DNA of 54,011 bases from a virus (taxonomy: Duplodnaviria; Caudoviricetes), in the IMG/VR virus record IMGVR_UViG_3300045966_000076, positions 1 through 54,011 of that record, one strand, 5' to 3'. A program made the translations under genes and the position numbers. Shown here piece by piece: positions 1 through 8,779 of this stretch (positions within the stretch are counted from its first letter, which is position 1; every line of letters begins with the position of its first letter). The notes below the pieces were generated by a model, which had not been told where the DNA came from, searched no databases, and was given only the letters and a program-made list of their open reading frames with translations.

Positions 1-234
1 CTCTTCAGTCGCGCGCGAGCGACTCGCCGACGTCCTGCAGACGCTTGGCGAACTCGCGCGCCTCCTTCTTCGTGTCGAACGTCACGACCGGCGGCGCCGG
101 CGAGCCGCCCTGCTCTTCAGTGAGCAGCGCGCCGGATTCGGTCGACTCGTCGTACTCTTCAATCTCGATCCACACGTTGTAGGTCTTGCTCATCGGATGC
201 CCTCGACAATCTCGGCGACGCGTTCGGCGAACAG
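1..234. repeat. Terminal overlap (left copy) of circular assembly
   Basis: Identical to 53777-54011 except one fewer C (gagccgccctgc vs gagccgcccctgc). Confidence 0.95.
5..193 (-). CDS. Hypothetical protein, 62 aa
   Basis: ATGA-coupled to upstream gene; protein-like composition. Confidence 0.75.
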   Translation of the reverse strand: MSKTYNVWIEIEEYDESTESGALLTEEQGGSPAPPVVTFDTKKEAREFAKRLQDVGESLARD

Positions 235-330
235 CGTCATCGGGTGATAGCTGGTCGCGACGTCGAGGTACGGCACGAGCACCGCCGTCAACGCCGCCAC
301 GAACAGCACGAACTGCAATACGGTCCTCAT
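190..330 (-). CDS. Small membrane protein (MRTVLQFVLF...)
   Basis: ATGA overlap with ASCH stop; one hydrophobic helix. Confidence 0.6.
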   Translation of the reverse strand: MRTVLQFVLFVAALTAVLVPYLDVATSYHPMTLFAERVAEIVEGIR

Positions 331-710
331 GTCTGCCTCCCTGCGGCCCGCAGCACCCTCGCGACGAGCGCGGGATCCACGGGCCAGAGTCCTTGATGTC
401 CCCGACACTCGATCGGCGGCACCGGCCGGACGTCGACGAGCCGCCACGCGAAGCGGCCGGGCCGGTAGTCGCCGAGTTCCCGCTCGACGGGGTCGAGCTG
501 CGTCAACGTCTCGACGGGCACGACGTCGACCAGCTCGGCCACGGCGACGATCGCGCGCCGGGGCAGGTCCCCGACGCGGGGCCGCTTGGCCGCGTGGATC
601 GCGAGCAGTCCGCGATACCACGTCGGCCAGGTGCGGGTCTCGATGCGCTTGCGACGGTCGACGATCATCGACGCGTATGGTTGATGGATCGTCAGGGCGT
701 ACAGCTTCAC
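327..710 (-). CDS. ASCH domain protein
   Basis: ALTIHQPYA...KRIETRTW...YRGLLAIHAAK...RGHQGLW, the ASCH signature. Confidence 0.9.
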   Translation of the reverse strand: MKLYALTIHQPYASMIVDRRKRIETRTWPTWYRGLLAIHAAKRPRVGDLPRRAIVAVAELVDVVPVETLTQLDPVERELGDYRPGRFAWRLVDVRPVPPIECRGHQGLWPVDPALVARVLRAAGRQT

Positions 711-1099
711 GCTTGCCTCCAGTCCCGCCGCCCGAAGAGATCACGCACGATCCGGATCGCCGCGCGACGCGTGAACCCGTCGAAGCGGTCAGACTTCAGG
801 CCGGCGTCGAGCGCGTCTTCGATGCCCTCGACGAGCCAGTCCGGCACGTCGAGTTCGTCGAGGTCGACAGCGAACTTGCCCGACGACTGCAGCGCCTCGA
901 TGAAGTCATCGTCGTCGGTGATGTCGGCGCCGTCGATCTCGGCGGCTTCCTTCGCCTCGTCGACGTAGTCGCTGTTTGCGCGCAGCGTGCCCATCGCGTC
1001 GGCACGCGACTTGTGCAGCGAGATCATGCTGACGTCGCCGCGGTCGACGGTGTGCAGCACGCAGATCGTGTGGAGCGGTGCGGGTGTCTGATTCGGCAT
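707..1099 (-). CDS. Acidic hypothetical protein
   Basis: RBS AAGGGAG before ATG at 1099; D/E-rich. Confidence 0.7.
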   Translation of the reverse strand: MPNQTPAPLHTICVLHTVDRGDVSMISLHKSRADAMGTLRANSDYVDEAKEAAEIDGADITDDDDFIEALQSSGKFAVDLDELDVPDWLVEGIEDALDAGLKSDRFDGFTRRAAIRIVRDLFGRRDWRQA

Positions 1100-1113
1100 G
1101 TGTCCTTCTCCCT

Positions 1114-1377
1114 TCACTTCGTCAAACGGAACGCGATGCGGCCCATCTTGCCGACCGGCAGACTCGCGAAGAGCTGCCGGTTGTCGACGTTGAGCGCGTC
1201 GTAGACCTTGACGATCGCGCTGGCGGTGAACAGGTCGACCATCACGCCGTCGATCTTCGCGTAGGTCTTGCGATCGACGATGCGACGGACGGCCGCGATG
1301 CGCTGCTCGGGCGTCGCGGGCATCGTGACCTCGGTGCCCTCGACACGCGTGCGGGTCGGCTCGATGCGGCGCGTCAC
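1114..1377 (-). CDS. Hypothetical phage protein
   Basis: Protein-like core VDLFTASAIVKVYDALN; coupled to upstream gene. Confidence 0.7.
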   Translation of the reverse strand: MTRRIEPTRTRVEGTEVTMPATPEQRIAAVRRIVDRKTYAKIDGVMVDLFTASAIVKVYDALNVDNRQLFASLPVGKMGRIAFRLTK

Positions 1378-1709
1378 GAGCGCACCGCCCGCACTTGTCG
1401 CCGGTCAGGCGCGGCCGCGATGGTGCCGTGCTCGACCTCGAACCCCTTGTACGCGTCGAGGATGAGATCGCGGATGCCGTCGGTCGCGCACTCGCGCGTG
1501 CCGTTCGGCCGGAGCAGCGCGAACGATCGCGCCTCGCCGTTGACCTTGTAGGTCCGCGCGGGGAAGGTCACGTTCCGCCGCTGGCCGCGCGACTCCCACA
1601 CCGCGAACCCGCACAGCTTGAGACCGGCGAGCGCGCCTTCCTCGAAGTGGATCTCAGCGTCGGCCAGCTTGCCGACGACCTTGCCGTCTGCGATGAACTT
1701 GATAACCAT
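1374..1709 (-). CDS. SpoVG-like nucleic-acid-binding protein
   Basis: KLADAEIHF...LKLCGFAVWE...NVTFPAR...IRDLILDAY matches SpoVG-like pattern; strong RBS. Confidence 0.65.
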   Translation of the reverse strand: MVIKFIADGKVVGKLADAEIHFEEGALAGLKLCGFAVWESRGQRRNVTFPARTYKVNGEARSFALLRPNGTRECATDGIRDLILDAYKGFEVEHGTIAAAPDRRQVRAVRS

Positions 1710-1761
1710 GTGTCGTTCTCCCTTCGTTTCCGATGTTGACGGTGGACGGTGACGCGCGCGG

Positions 1762-1914
1762 TCAGTCGACGCGCGTCTCGTGCAGATGCCGCAGTCGGTA
1801 GACGATCACCGACATCGTGACCGTGACGCCGGCGACGAGGCCGAGCAGCGTGCCCACGCCGATGAGTCGGATGTATTCGACGATCGGCAGCGATTCGAGC
1901 GGATTCGATGGCAT
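1762..1914 (-). CDS. Small membrane protein
   Basis: RBS AAGGGAG; one TM helix. Confidence 0.55.
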   Translation of the reverse strand: MPSNPLESLPIVEYIRLIGVGTLLGLVAGVTVTMSVIVYRLRHLHETRVD

Positions 1915-1949
1915 GACGTGTTCTCCCTTTCGTGACGGTTGACGGTTGA

Positions 1950-2408
1950 CTACTCTTCGCGACGCGCCGAGCGTCGCACGGGCGGCCGCGTCTCGTGACG
2001 ACGCACGAGCATGTGGCCGCGCCAATCCAGCCGCCGATACGTCCGGCGGAACGTGCGCCGGAACATCCACACCGACCAGCGGCACGCTTGCAGCTCCGAC
2101 CGGCCGAACAGGTGATGCGCGAACTCGTGCAGCGCGGTCACGATCGACAGGTTCGACGGATTCAACGTGATGACCTGCGTGTGCAGGTTGTACGAGTCGC
2201 CGAAGAACGACACCGACGAGAACTCGATGCCGCCGAGCGGCTTGCGATAGACGACCGACAGTCGGGTCAAGAGCGCGCGCAGTGCGTCCGGGGTCCGACG
2301 TCGGCCGCGGAACTCGCGCTTCCACGCGCGCACGACGCGGACGGCCGCCGCGCGGTGCCGGATGCGACGCTTCAGGATCCGAGACTTCGACGGGTAGAGA
2401 CTGGTCAT
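1950..2408 (-). CDS. Putative zinc metallopeptidase (HExxH)
   Basis: ALHEFAHHL followed by E; ATGA-coupled to GATase. Confidence 0.65.
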   Translation of the reverse strand: MTSLYPSKSRILKRRIRHRAAAVRVVRAWKREFRGRRRTPDALRALLTRLSVVYRKPLGGIEFSSVSFFGDSYNLHTQVITLNPSNLSIVTALHEFAHHLFGRSELQACRWSVWMFRRTFRRTYRRLDWRGHMLVRRHETRPPVRRSARREE

Positions 2409-3121
2409 CGGCCCCTCCGATTCGCCTTCACGCGACGCGCGATGTCTTCCCACGTCTTCACCGCCGGCGACCGCTTGAACAGCTCCGGCTGCGTCGGCAG
2501 CTTCGTCTTCGCCTTCGACGTCTTGACGCGTAGCGTCTCGTCGACCGTGCGGGTCATCCAGCACGGATCGGCGGCCGCGTAGCTGTCGAACCCGAAGCGA
2601 TTGCTCGCCCAGATTCCCGGCTTCAGCGTCGACCAGCCGCTGCCGAGTCGACGGATCCCGCGCGGGGTCAGCAGGACGAGGCGCTGCGTGTCGGGCACGG
2701 TCTCTTCGAGCACGTCGATCCCGTAGTTCGATCCGATGAAGGACATGGCGACGGAGTCGGACCACGGACCCGGCTCTGCGTCGATGTAGTCGATCCACGC
2801 GGACCACGTCCCGTTGTGGAAGAGCACGCCCTTCGGCGACGACCCCTGCAGACGCAGCCGACTGCCGCGCTTGTCGAGCGGGAACGGGTGACACAGCTCC
2901 GGACACACGCGGCCGATGCTCGCGATGCGCGCGTGGAACACGTACGGCAGCGGAACCGACGCGGCCAGCTCCTTCGCGCGCGCGATCGTGATGTCCTTCT
3001 CGAAGCGCACGGTCTGGCCCGCGATCCACGCGAAGCCGTTGCCGTGCGGGTTCGTGCGCACTGCGCGCTCGATCATGTCGACGGACAGTCGACGCTTTTC
3101 AGCTGTGAGAATGACGCACAT
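2405..3121 (-). CDS. Class II glutamine amidotransferase
   Basis: Starts MC (Ntn Cys), NPHGNGF, HARIASIG, HPF, FHNGT, SDS motifs. Confidence 0.88.
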   Translation of the reverse strand: MCVILTAEKRRLSVDMIERAVRTNPHGNGFAWIAGQTVRFEKDITIARAKELAASVPLPYVFHARIASIGRVCPELCHPFPLDKRGSRLRLQGSSPKGVLFHNGTWSAWIDYIDAEPGPWSDSVAMSFIGSNYGIDVLEETVPDTQRLVLLTPRGIRRLGSGWSTLKPGIWASNRFGFDSYAAADPCWMTRTVDETLRVKTSKAKTKLPTQPELFKRSPAVKTWEDIARRVKANRRGR

Positions 3122-3123
3122 GA

Positions 3124-3321
3124 TTAGGACCCCTTCCGATCGATCGGTTGAATGCGAACCCGCGCGCTCGCGGGCGGTGTATGACGCGCGCAGCGCAGCC
3201 ACGCGGTTTCGGTCTGTCCCTTCGCGTCGAGGAACTCGACGACGTTGATCGCGAAGTCCCGGCACTGCCGCGGTCCCAGTGAGCACGTGACGACGTAGCG
3301 CGGACGCGGACGCGGGGTCAT
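3124..3321 (-). CDS. Small Cys/His protein
   Basis: ATGA-coupled to amidoligase; fills the gap. Confidence 0.45.
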   Translation of the reverse strand: MTPRPRPRYVVTCSLGPRQCRDFAINVVEFLDAKGQTETAWLRCARHTPPASARVRIQPIDRKGS

Positions 3322-4193
3322 TCCGCACCCCCCGTCCGGCGACGCTTGTCGTACTGCTTCGCCATCTTGCGCAGCATCTTGATCAGCTCGCGCATCCGGC
3401 TCGGGTCGATGACGCCGACCGGAGTGCGGCCGTTCGGCGGAGTCTTCGCGCGCCATACCAAGTGGTGCAGCAGCGTCGACATCGCGAACTGTCCGTCACC
3501 GGCCGTCGCGCTGCGCTTGCGCGCGATCGCGGCGATGTCGAACGGAAGCGCGCGGCTATTGTCGAGCGCGCGGCAGACCAGTCCGAGGCACAGCTGCACG
3601 TAGGCAAGAATCTTGACGATGTTGAGCGTCCCGGCGAACACGCGGAACTCGACGCGGCGACCGCGTCCCATTTCGTTCACGTGCTGCAGGTTGATCACGT
3701 GGTAGCGCGAGAACCGCGCGGGGTCGACTTGCCCGCCCTCAAACCCGCGATAGTCGAGCGCGATTGACGAGCAGTAGTGGTTCGCATCGCGCGACGTCGT
3801 GCCGGTCGACGCGAAGAGCGCGCGCTCGAAGTGCGCGACGAGACAAACCAGACGACGCAGCTGATCAGGATTGCCGGTCCAGCCGATGTTGACGTGAAAC
3901 CCCGTCGACCGATTGACGGCGGCTCCCATGACGTTCAACGTCTCGATCATCTGCTCGATGCTGCGCAGTCCGGCGAGACCAGACATCACCGGCGAGACGA
4001 CCTCGCACGCGACATGCGAGCGGCTCGGTTGAATGCTGGCGTCCGATTCCGCTGTCCAGCCCTGATGTCCGGGAATGGCGACGCCGCGATGGTAGCCGCC
4101 GATTCTCCAGCCGCGCGCGGTCAGTGTGTCGTACGGGATCGTGCACTCGATCTCGACTCCGAAGCTCAATGTGTTGACGTCTGTTTTCCTCAT
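3318..4193 (-). CDS. Putative amidoligase (COOH-NH2 ligase type 2)
   Basis: FGVEIE, DASI, EVVSP, STGFHV, RYHVIN, VEFR motifs; RBS AAGGGAG. Confidence 0.88.
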   Translation of the reverse strand: MRKTDVNTLSFGVEIECTIPYDTLTARGWRIGGYHRGVAIPGHQGWTAESDASIQPSRSHVACEVVSPVMSGLAGLRSIEQMIETLNVMGAAVNRSTGFHVNIGWTGNPDQLRRLVCLVAHFERALFASTGTTSRDANHYCSSIALDYRGFEGGQVDPARFSRYHVINLQHVNEMGRGRRVEFRVFAGTLNIVKILAYVQLCLGLVCRALDNSRALPFDIAAIARKRSATAGDGQFAMSTLLHHLVWRAKTPPNGRTPVGVIDPSRMRELIKMLRKMAKQYDKRRRTGGAE

Positions 4194-4206
4194 GTCCTTC
4201 TCCCTT

Positions 4207-4257
4207 ATGGTCAGAATCAAACAAGACCAGTCTAGGGGGTGGCATGGTCAGAATCAA
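4207..4257 (-). promoter_or_regulatory. Sigma70-type early promoter with two 14-bp direct repeats
   Basis: -35 TTGATT, 17 bp, -10 TAGACT; TTGATTCTGACCAT at 4244-4257 and 4207-4220. Confidence 0.75.
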
Positions 4258-4334
4258 GCTAAAACGGCAGAAACCGGCCGATTTTCTGCCGATTACAAGC
4301 CCGTCAGATCCGGGCGTTTGGACGCGGGAATTGC

Positions 4335-5621
4335 TTAGGGTTTCTGCGGGTTTCTACGGGTCGACCCGTCCGGGTGACCTGCAGGTCGACCCGTCCGGAC
4401 GTCGCGGCGCACAGGGGAACCAGGCGGGGGCACGGGGGTGCCTGGACGTCGACCCGTCCGGGTGCTCGACGTCCGGGTGCTCGGGTCGACCCGTCCGGGG
4501 GTGCTCGACGTCGCGCCGGTGATGAGCGCGCGCGCGCTGTCGACGTCGGCGAGCGCGGGGCCCGCGTACTCGAAGACCGCGCACGGTCGACCGCCGAGTC
4601 GTCGCGCGAGAATGCCGGATCCGCCCTTGCTGCCGATGCCGCCGGGCCGCTGCTTCAGCGCCCAGACCTTCGATCGATCGAAGGATCGAATCAGCGCCGG
4701 ATGCGCCGGATACGTGTGCACACGCTTCCCGATCGCGCGATACGCGGCGCCGAGCGTGTCGATGAGCGCGAGCGCCAGGCCGAGACCTTGAAAGTCCGGC
4801 AGCGTGACCAGTCGACTGCAGCCCCAGATGTCGTCGACCTTCGCGTGCGGCCGGTAGAGCATCCCGGCGAACGCCGCCATCTGCCCGCCGGTGAAGAGCG
4901 CGAAGCACGCGGCCGATCGATTCAGCTCGGCCGTCAGATAGTGAAACGGAGCGAAGCGACGCCACGCGGCAAACGGGACGCGTTCGACGGCGACCTCGAC
5001 GGGCGGGCGGCGTTGAAGCGACCTCCAGTCGACGGTCATCGTCGCGGGGTCGAGGATCCAGTCCGGCTGCAGCCAGTCGATGATGTCGTAGTGGCAGGAC
5101 GCGGCGACGAACTGCCGGCCGGGCGCTTTGCGGATGTACTTCTGTACCGCGTGGGCGCCGATCTGCGCGACCTGCCGATCGACGACGCTCGTGAACTCGT
5201 CGACGACGATCGGCGAGCTGGCCTCGAGGAGCCGCCGCGCGAGCTCGACGCGGAACCGCTCGCCGTTCGAGAGCACGGCGAACGGGCGCATCCAAGCCGG
5301 GATCGTATTGAAGCCGACGGCCTGGCAGACGGCCGCGATCGCGTCCATCGTCTGCACGTCGGCAAAGTCATCGACGACGGCGGGGGCGGTCCACGCGAAC
5401 TCAGCCGGGGGGCCGAACAGGTGCCGCAGAAGCGTCGTCTTGCCCGACCCGCTCGGGCCGACGATGAGCCCGATCTGCCAGCCCTTCGACTCGATGTCGA
5501 CGTCGCCGTCCCACTCGATGCGCGTCACTGCCCGCGGCGGCACGTCGAACATCGCCGACAGCTGCTTGACGCGCGAGCTGGCGCTCACGGGCGACTCGAC
5601 GCTCACCTTCACCTTCGGCAT
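4335..5621 (-). CDS. ABC-type ATPase fused to GNAT acetyltransferase
   Basis: GPSGSGKT, LSNGE, VVDEF; C-terminal SRLVTLPDFQGLGLA acetyl-CoA motif. Confidence 0.9.
   Translation of the reverse strand: MPKVKVSVESPVSASSRVKQLSAMFDVPPRAVTRIEWDGDVDIESKGWQIGLIVGPSGSGKTTLLRHLFGPPAEFAWTAPAVVDDFADVQTMDAIAAVCQAVGFNTIPAWMRPFAVLSNGERFRVELARRLLEASSPIVVDEFTSVVDRQVAQIGAHAVQKYIRKAPGRQFVAASCHYDIIDWLQPDWILDPATMTVDWRSLQRRPPVEVAVERVPFAAWRRFAPFHYLTAELNRSAACFALFTGGQMAAFAGMLYRPHAKVDDIWGCSRLVTLPDFQGLGLALALIDTLGAAYRAIGKRVHTYPAHPALIRSFDRSKVWALKQRPGGIGSKGGSGILARRLGGRPCAVFEYAGPALADVDSARALITGATSSTPGRVDPSTRTSSTRTGRRPGTPVPPPGSPVRRDVRTGRPAGHPDGSTRRNPQKP
4360..4498. repeat. Four copies of GTCGACCCGTCCGG
   Basis: Copies start at 4360, 4385, 4448, 4485. 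Confidence 0.8.
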
Positions 5622-5989
5622 GGATCCTCTCGATCGTTTACCGGATACCGGCCGTCTGGGGCGTCATATCCGGTAAGCCGCCGCTCGTCGTCGGCCTGCA
5701 TCTGGTCGAGCAGCTCGGCGGCCTGCTCGTCGTAGAACCGGGCGGCCTGCTCGTCGTAGAACCGGCGCACGGCGGCGATCCACTGTCGGTTGAGTTCGAC
5801 TATCCGGCCGGGCATGGGGTCGGTCTCAAAGCCGGACGGATCGACCGCTGTCACCGTCAGCGAGTACACGTCCGCGATGCGCAGCGGCTTGGCCGCGAGC
5901 GTCGGCGATGGCGCCGGCAGGCGGGATGCGAGGCCGACGCCGGCGGCCGCGCGCGCGAGCAGCTCGAAGAAGCGGCGACGCGTCGTCAT
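5609..5989 (-). CDS. Protein with twin-arginine-like N-terminus
   Basis: MTTRRRFFELLARAAAGVGLA; internal 24-bp duplication. Confidence 0.6.
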   Translation of the reverse strand: MTTRRRFFELLARAAAGVGLASRLPAPSPTLAAKPLRIADVYSLTVTAVDPSGFETDPMPGRIVELNRQWIAAVRRFYDEQAARFYDEQAAELLDQMQADDERRLTGYDAPDGRYPVNDREDPCRR

Positions 5990-6195
5990 TCCAGCACCAC
6001 ACGAAAGCGCACGTACGCATCGTCGTCGGATTCGAGCACGCGGGCGACGACGACGCGGCGCAGACCGGCCCGGCTCCCGCCACGGTCGCGCGCCATCTGC
6101 AGGAACAGCTGCCAGAGATCGAGGCCGAGCGAGCGCGGGAATTGCCGGATGAAGTCTGGCGTCAGTCGACAGTCGTACACGAGATACTCACTCAA
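5986..6195 (-). CDS. Hypothetical protein
   Basis: TTG start overlapping upstream stop. Confidence 0.45.
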   Translation of the reverse strand: MSEYLVYDCRLTPDFIRQFPRSLGLDLWQLFLQMARDRGGSRAGLRRVVVARVLESDDDAYVRFRVVLE

Positions 6196-6518
6196 TTCCG
6201 CACCCGCACCACAAGCGTCGGCGCCAGGATGACCGTGACCTCTGCGCCGGCGAGCAGCGTGATACTGCACGGCGCCGACATCGGACAGGTCCAGTCGGCG
6301 GTGTCGATCGTGCGGCGGTCGAGCGGCTCATGGCTCACGCCCGCGAGCAAGACGACCTCGACCGCGCGGGGTCGGCCGGCGGCGTCGGTCGTGTACAGCG
6401 TGACGGTCTTCGCCGCCGGCTGGACGGACGCCGAGACAATCGCCCAAATGATGAGCGCGACGACGGTGCCGATCCCGATCGCGGCCCCGTCGACCCACGC
6501 GCGCCGCCGGTCGGTCAC
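6192..6518 (-). CDS. Membrane-anchored protein
   Basis: GTGA coupling; N-terminal TM helix. Confidence 0.6.
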   Translation of the reverse strand: MTDRRRAWVDGAAIGIGTVVALIIWAIVSASVQPAAKTVTLYTTDAAGRPRAVEVVLLAGVSHEPLDRRTIDTADWTCPMSAPCSITLLAGAEVTVILAPTLVVRVRN

Positions 6519-6760
6519 ACGTCGGCCCCCTGCGCCTGCGCCTTGAGCCAGCGCGCGGTGCGCCGGCGATCGCGCTGACGAGTCCACCGCTGGTCGCGTG
6601 GCGCCACGGCCGCGGGCTGACCGCGCTTGCGCCAGGCGCGCTTCAGTCGCCGCACGTCGCCGGCGGTCGGCAGTTCTGACCGGCGCGGTTCCCGGCCGAG
6701 CGCGCGCACGAGGTCCCAGTAGATCTGGCGACGCAAGGCCTTGACGCGTCGGCCGCTCAC
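6515..6760 (-). CDS. Basic hypothetical protein
   Basis: GTGA coupling at both ends. Confidence 0.55.
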   Translation of the reverse strand: MSGRRVKALRRQIYWDLVRALGREPRRSELPTAGDVRRLKRAWRKRGQPAAVAPRDQRWTRQRDRRRTARWLKAQAQGADV

Positions 6761-7359
6761 GAGATCACCGCCTTGACGGTGAGCCCGTCGGCCTCGAACC
6801 GCTCCAGCAGCAGCTTCTGATGCGCTTCGTCGTGACAGTCGACCATGATGCGGTACTCCAGCGCGCCCATCTGCGGCGACGTGTCCGGCGAGCCGGCGGT
6901 GGCGATGAAGCGTACCAGCTCGTCTTCGGTCCACAGCGCGCCGAGGTCGACGCCGGCGGCCTTGAGACCGGCGACGATGTCGGCGTCCCAGTCGAGGCCG
7001 ACTTCGGCGACTCGATTATCGGCGAGCGCCAGGGCCTTCGCGCGCGGGTCCGTGGCGAGGTCGAGGTCCTCGCGCTGATGGACGACCAGCCGGTCGCCTC
7101 GAGTTTTCACGAGCTGCAGCTTGAGGCCGAGCGCGAGCGCGCGCTTGAGCGTCTTGTTGCCGGCGATGACGCGGCCGTAGCGATCGGCCATGATGCCGCG
7201 GCCGGCGCCGCTGGTCCGGATCGACTGGTCGAGCATCGCCTGTCCGCGCGGGGTGCCCTTGTTCGCGTTGTGCGGGTCGGGCACGAGGTCTTCGAGCGAG
7301 CGGATGATGGCCGGTCGCCGCCGGCGCGCGGGCTTCTTCTTCGGTCGACGCCGGGTCAC
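6757..7359 (-). CDS. ParB/Srx-like N-terminal domain protein (DNA-modification-associated type)
   Basis: LVPDPHNAN, VIAGNKT, LADNRVAE...W motifs. Confidence 0.8.
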   Translation of the reverse strand: MTRRRPKKKPARRRRPAIIRSLEDLVPDPHNANKGTPRGQAMLDQSIRTSGAGRGIMADRYGRVIAGNKTLKRALALGLKLQLVKTRGDRLVVHQREDLDLATDPRAKALALADNRVAEVGLDWDADIVAGLKAAGVDLGALWTEDELVRFIATAGSPDTSPQMGALEYRIMVDCHDEAHQKLLLERFEADGLTVKAVIS

Positions 7360-7658
7360 TGGCCGAAGACCTTGCTCAACGCGATGCAGGTTTGGCCGGT
7401 CGCCGTCGTGCGGCAGATGCGCGTGGTCGCCGCGACGTCGGCGCCGATCTCGATGCGGTCGGGGCAGAGTCGCGCAGCCATCGGCGGCTGCGTCGGATCG
7501 ACGGGCCGGTAGCAGGTCCACGCGTCGACGCGGACGATGCCGGCTGGCGTGACCGTCACGCCGTGCGGGCCGGTCACGACTTGCGCCGAGCTGGCGGCGG
7601 CGCCGGCGGCGAGCACGATCACGAGCAGCAGCAGTCGAGTCATGCGGGTCTCCTTCAT
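7356..7658 (-). CDS. Secreted Cys-containing protein
   Basis: Signal peptide RLLLLVIVLAAGAAASSA; four Cys. Confidence 0.65.
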   Translation of the reverse strand: MKETRMTRLLLLVIVLAAGAAASSAQVVTGPHGVTVTPAGIVRVDAWTCYRPVDPTQPPMAARLCPDRIEIGADVAATTRICRTTATGQTCIALSKVFGQ

Positions 7659-7894
7659 GGGATTCTCTGCGGGTCCCTGCCCAGCCATGCGTGCAGCGCG
7701 TCGAGCACGTCGCGCGGGTCGCCGCTGACGTCGAGGTCGGCGCGCGCCTCACCGAAGACGGTGGTCGCCTTGATGCAGAGCGGCGCGTACTCGTCGCGGC
7801 CGAACGGACGATCGCGCACGAGCACGCGCGGCGCCGCCGTCGGGTCGGGCGTGCTGCCGCCGAAGAGTTGACGCAGCAGCGTCACCATACCCAC
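7655..7894 (-). CDS. Hypothetical protein
   Basis: Tiles the operon. Confidence 0.5.
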   Translation of the reverse strand: MGMVTLLRQLFGGSTPDPTAAPRVLVRDRPFGRDEYAPLCIKATTVFGEARADLDVSGDPRDVLDALHAWLGRDPQRIP

Positions 7895-8187
7895 GTGCCC
7901 CGCACGAAGAGCCGGCCCTGGCGGTCGCCGTTGAGCGCGGCCATGAAGTCGGCGCCGACGAGCCAGCTGGCCTTCTCATTCTCGAAGACCTTCGTCGCGA
8001 CGCCGACGGTGACGCGCGGCTTGCCCGCCGGATCCTTGTCCATCAGCATCAGAAAACCGCCGTCTTTTCCGGGCGCGATGATGTTGTCGAGCGCGCGATC
8101 GAGCGACGCGCGGAAGTCCACCGGCAACGGGCCGGGCGGCACCGTGAGGCCGGTGTCGGCGACGAAGGTCTCGTCGAGCTGCATCAA
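7882..8187 (-). CDS. Hypothetical protein
   Basis: Coupled ORF, beta-rich C-terminus. Confidence 0.6.
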   Translation of the reverse strand: MMQLDETFVADTGLTVPPGPLPVDFRASLDRALDNIIAPGKDGGFLMLMDKDPAGKPRVTVGVATKVFENEKASWLVGADFMAALNGDRQGRLFVRGTWVW

Positions 8188-8522
8188 TGCCTCTTTTCGT
8201 CCCAGTCGTCGGGGATGTTCACGAACCGCGGCACGTCGGGCGGCAGGCCCGGCGGCGGCGATGGATTCGAGCGCCAGCCCTCGATGCCGCCGGTCATGTA
8301 CTGCCGGAGCTGCGCGAGCAGTTGGCGATTATCCGCACGCACGCTGTCGAGCTGCGCTTCGAGATGCTTGCGGGCATCCATCGAGTCCCGCCAGCCCTGG
8401 CACGCGGCGTCGCGGCGCAGCCGCATCTCGTGCAGCTCCCGCGCGCGCCGCCGCAGCGCGAGCACGAAGCGGATGTTCACGCCGAACAGCCAGACGACGG
8501 CGCAGACGAGCGCGGCCGTCAC
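8184..8522 (-). CDS. Membrane-anchored coiled-coil protein
   Basis: GTGA coupling; TM helix then heptads. Confidence 0.6.
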   Translation of the reverse strand: MTAALVCAVVWLFGVNIRFVLALRRRARELHEMRLRRDAACQGWRDSMDARKHLEAQLDSVRADNRQLLAQLRQYMTGGIEGWRSNPSPPPGLPPDVPRFVNIPDDWDEKRH

Positions 8523-8779
8523 GCGTCGACCTCCGGCGCCGGCGACTCGCGAAAGACGATACGCTTGTTGGCGACGTGCCACTCGCCGCACTCGGTGCAG
8601 AGGTAGGGCATCAGGTGACAGCCGGGCATGACCTTGTCGAGCGTCATCATGTTCTCGGCGACGCGGTGCGCCTGATCGTAGCTCGCGTGGCCCATCTTCA
8701 GCGACGAGCAGCGCAGCATCGCGATGTTCCGGATCGCGGGGCCCTTGAAGCGCAGACGGGTCGGGCGCTGGCGGGCCAT
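8519..8779 (-). CDS. Zn-ribbon phage protein
   Basis: C...K...A...PYLCTECGEWHV motif. Confidence 0.7.
   Translation of the reverse strand: MARQRPTRLRFKGPAIRNIAMLRCSSLKMGHASYDQAHRVAENMMTLDKVMPGCHLMPYLCTECGEWHVANKRIVFRESPAPEVDA

Noticed and set aside
1-234. Biological terminal repeat or att site
   Set aside because: Cuts through genes and differs by a homopolymer indel; GpA terminase implies cos ends; best explained as assembly overlap
4360-4498. CRISPR-like mini-array
   Set aside because: 14-bp repeats with irregular, self-similar spacers and no cas genes
4335-5621. ABC transporter
   Set aside because: No permease or binding protein; fused to GNAT
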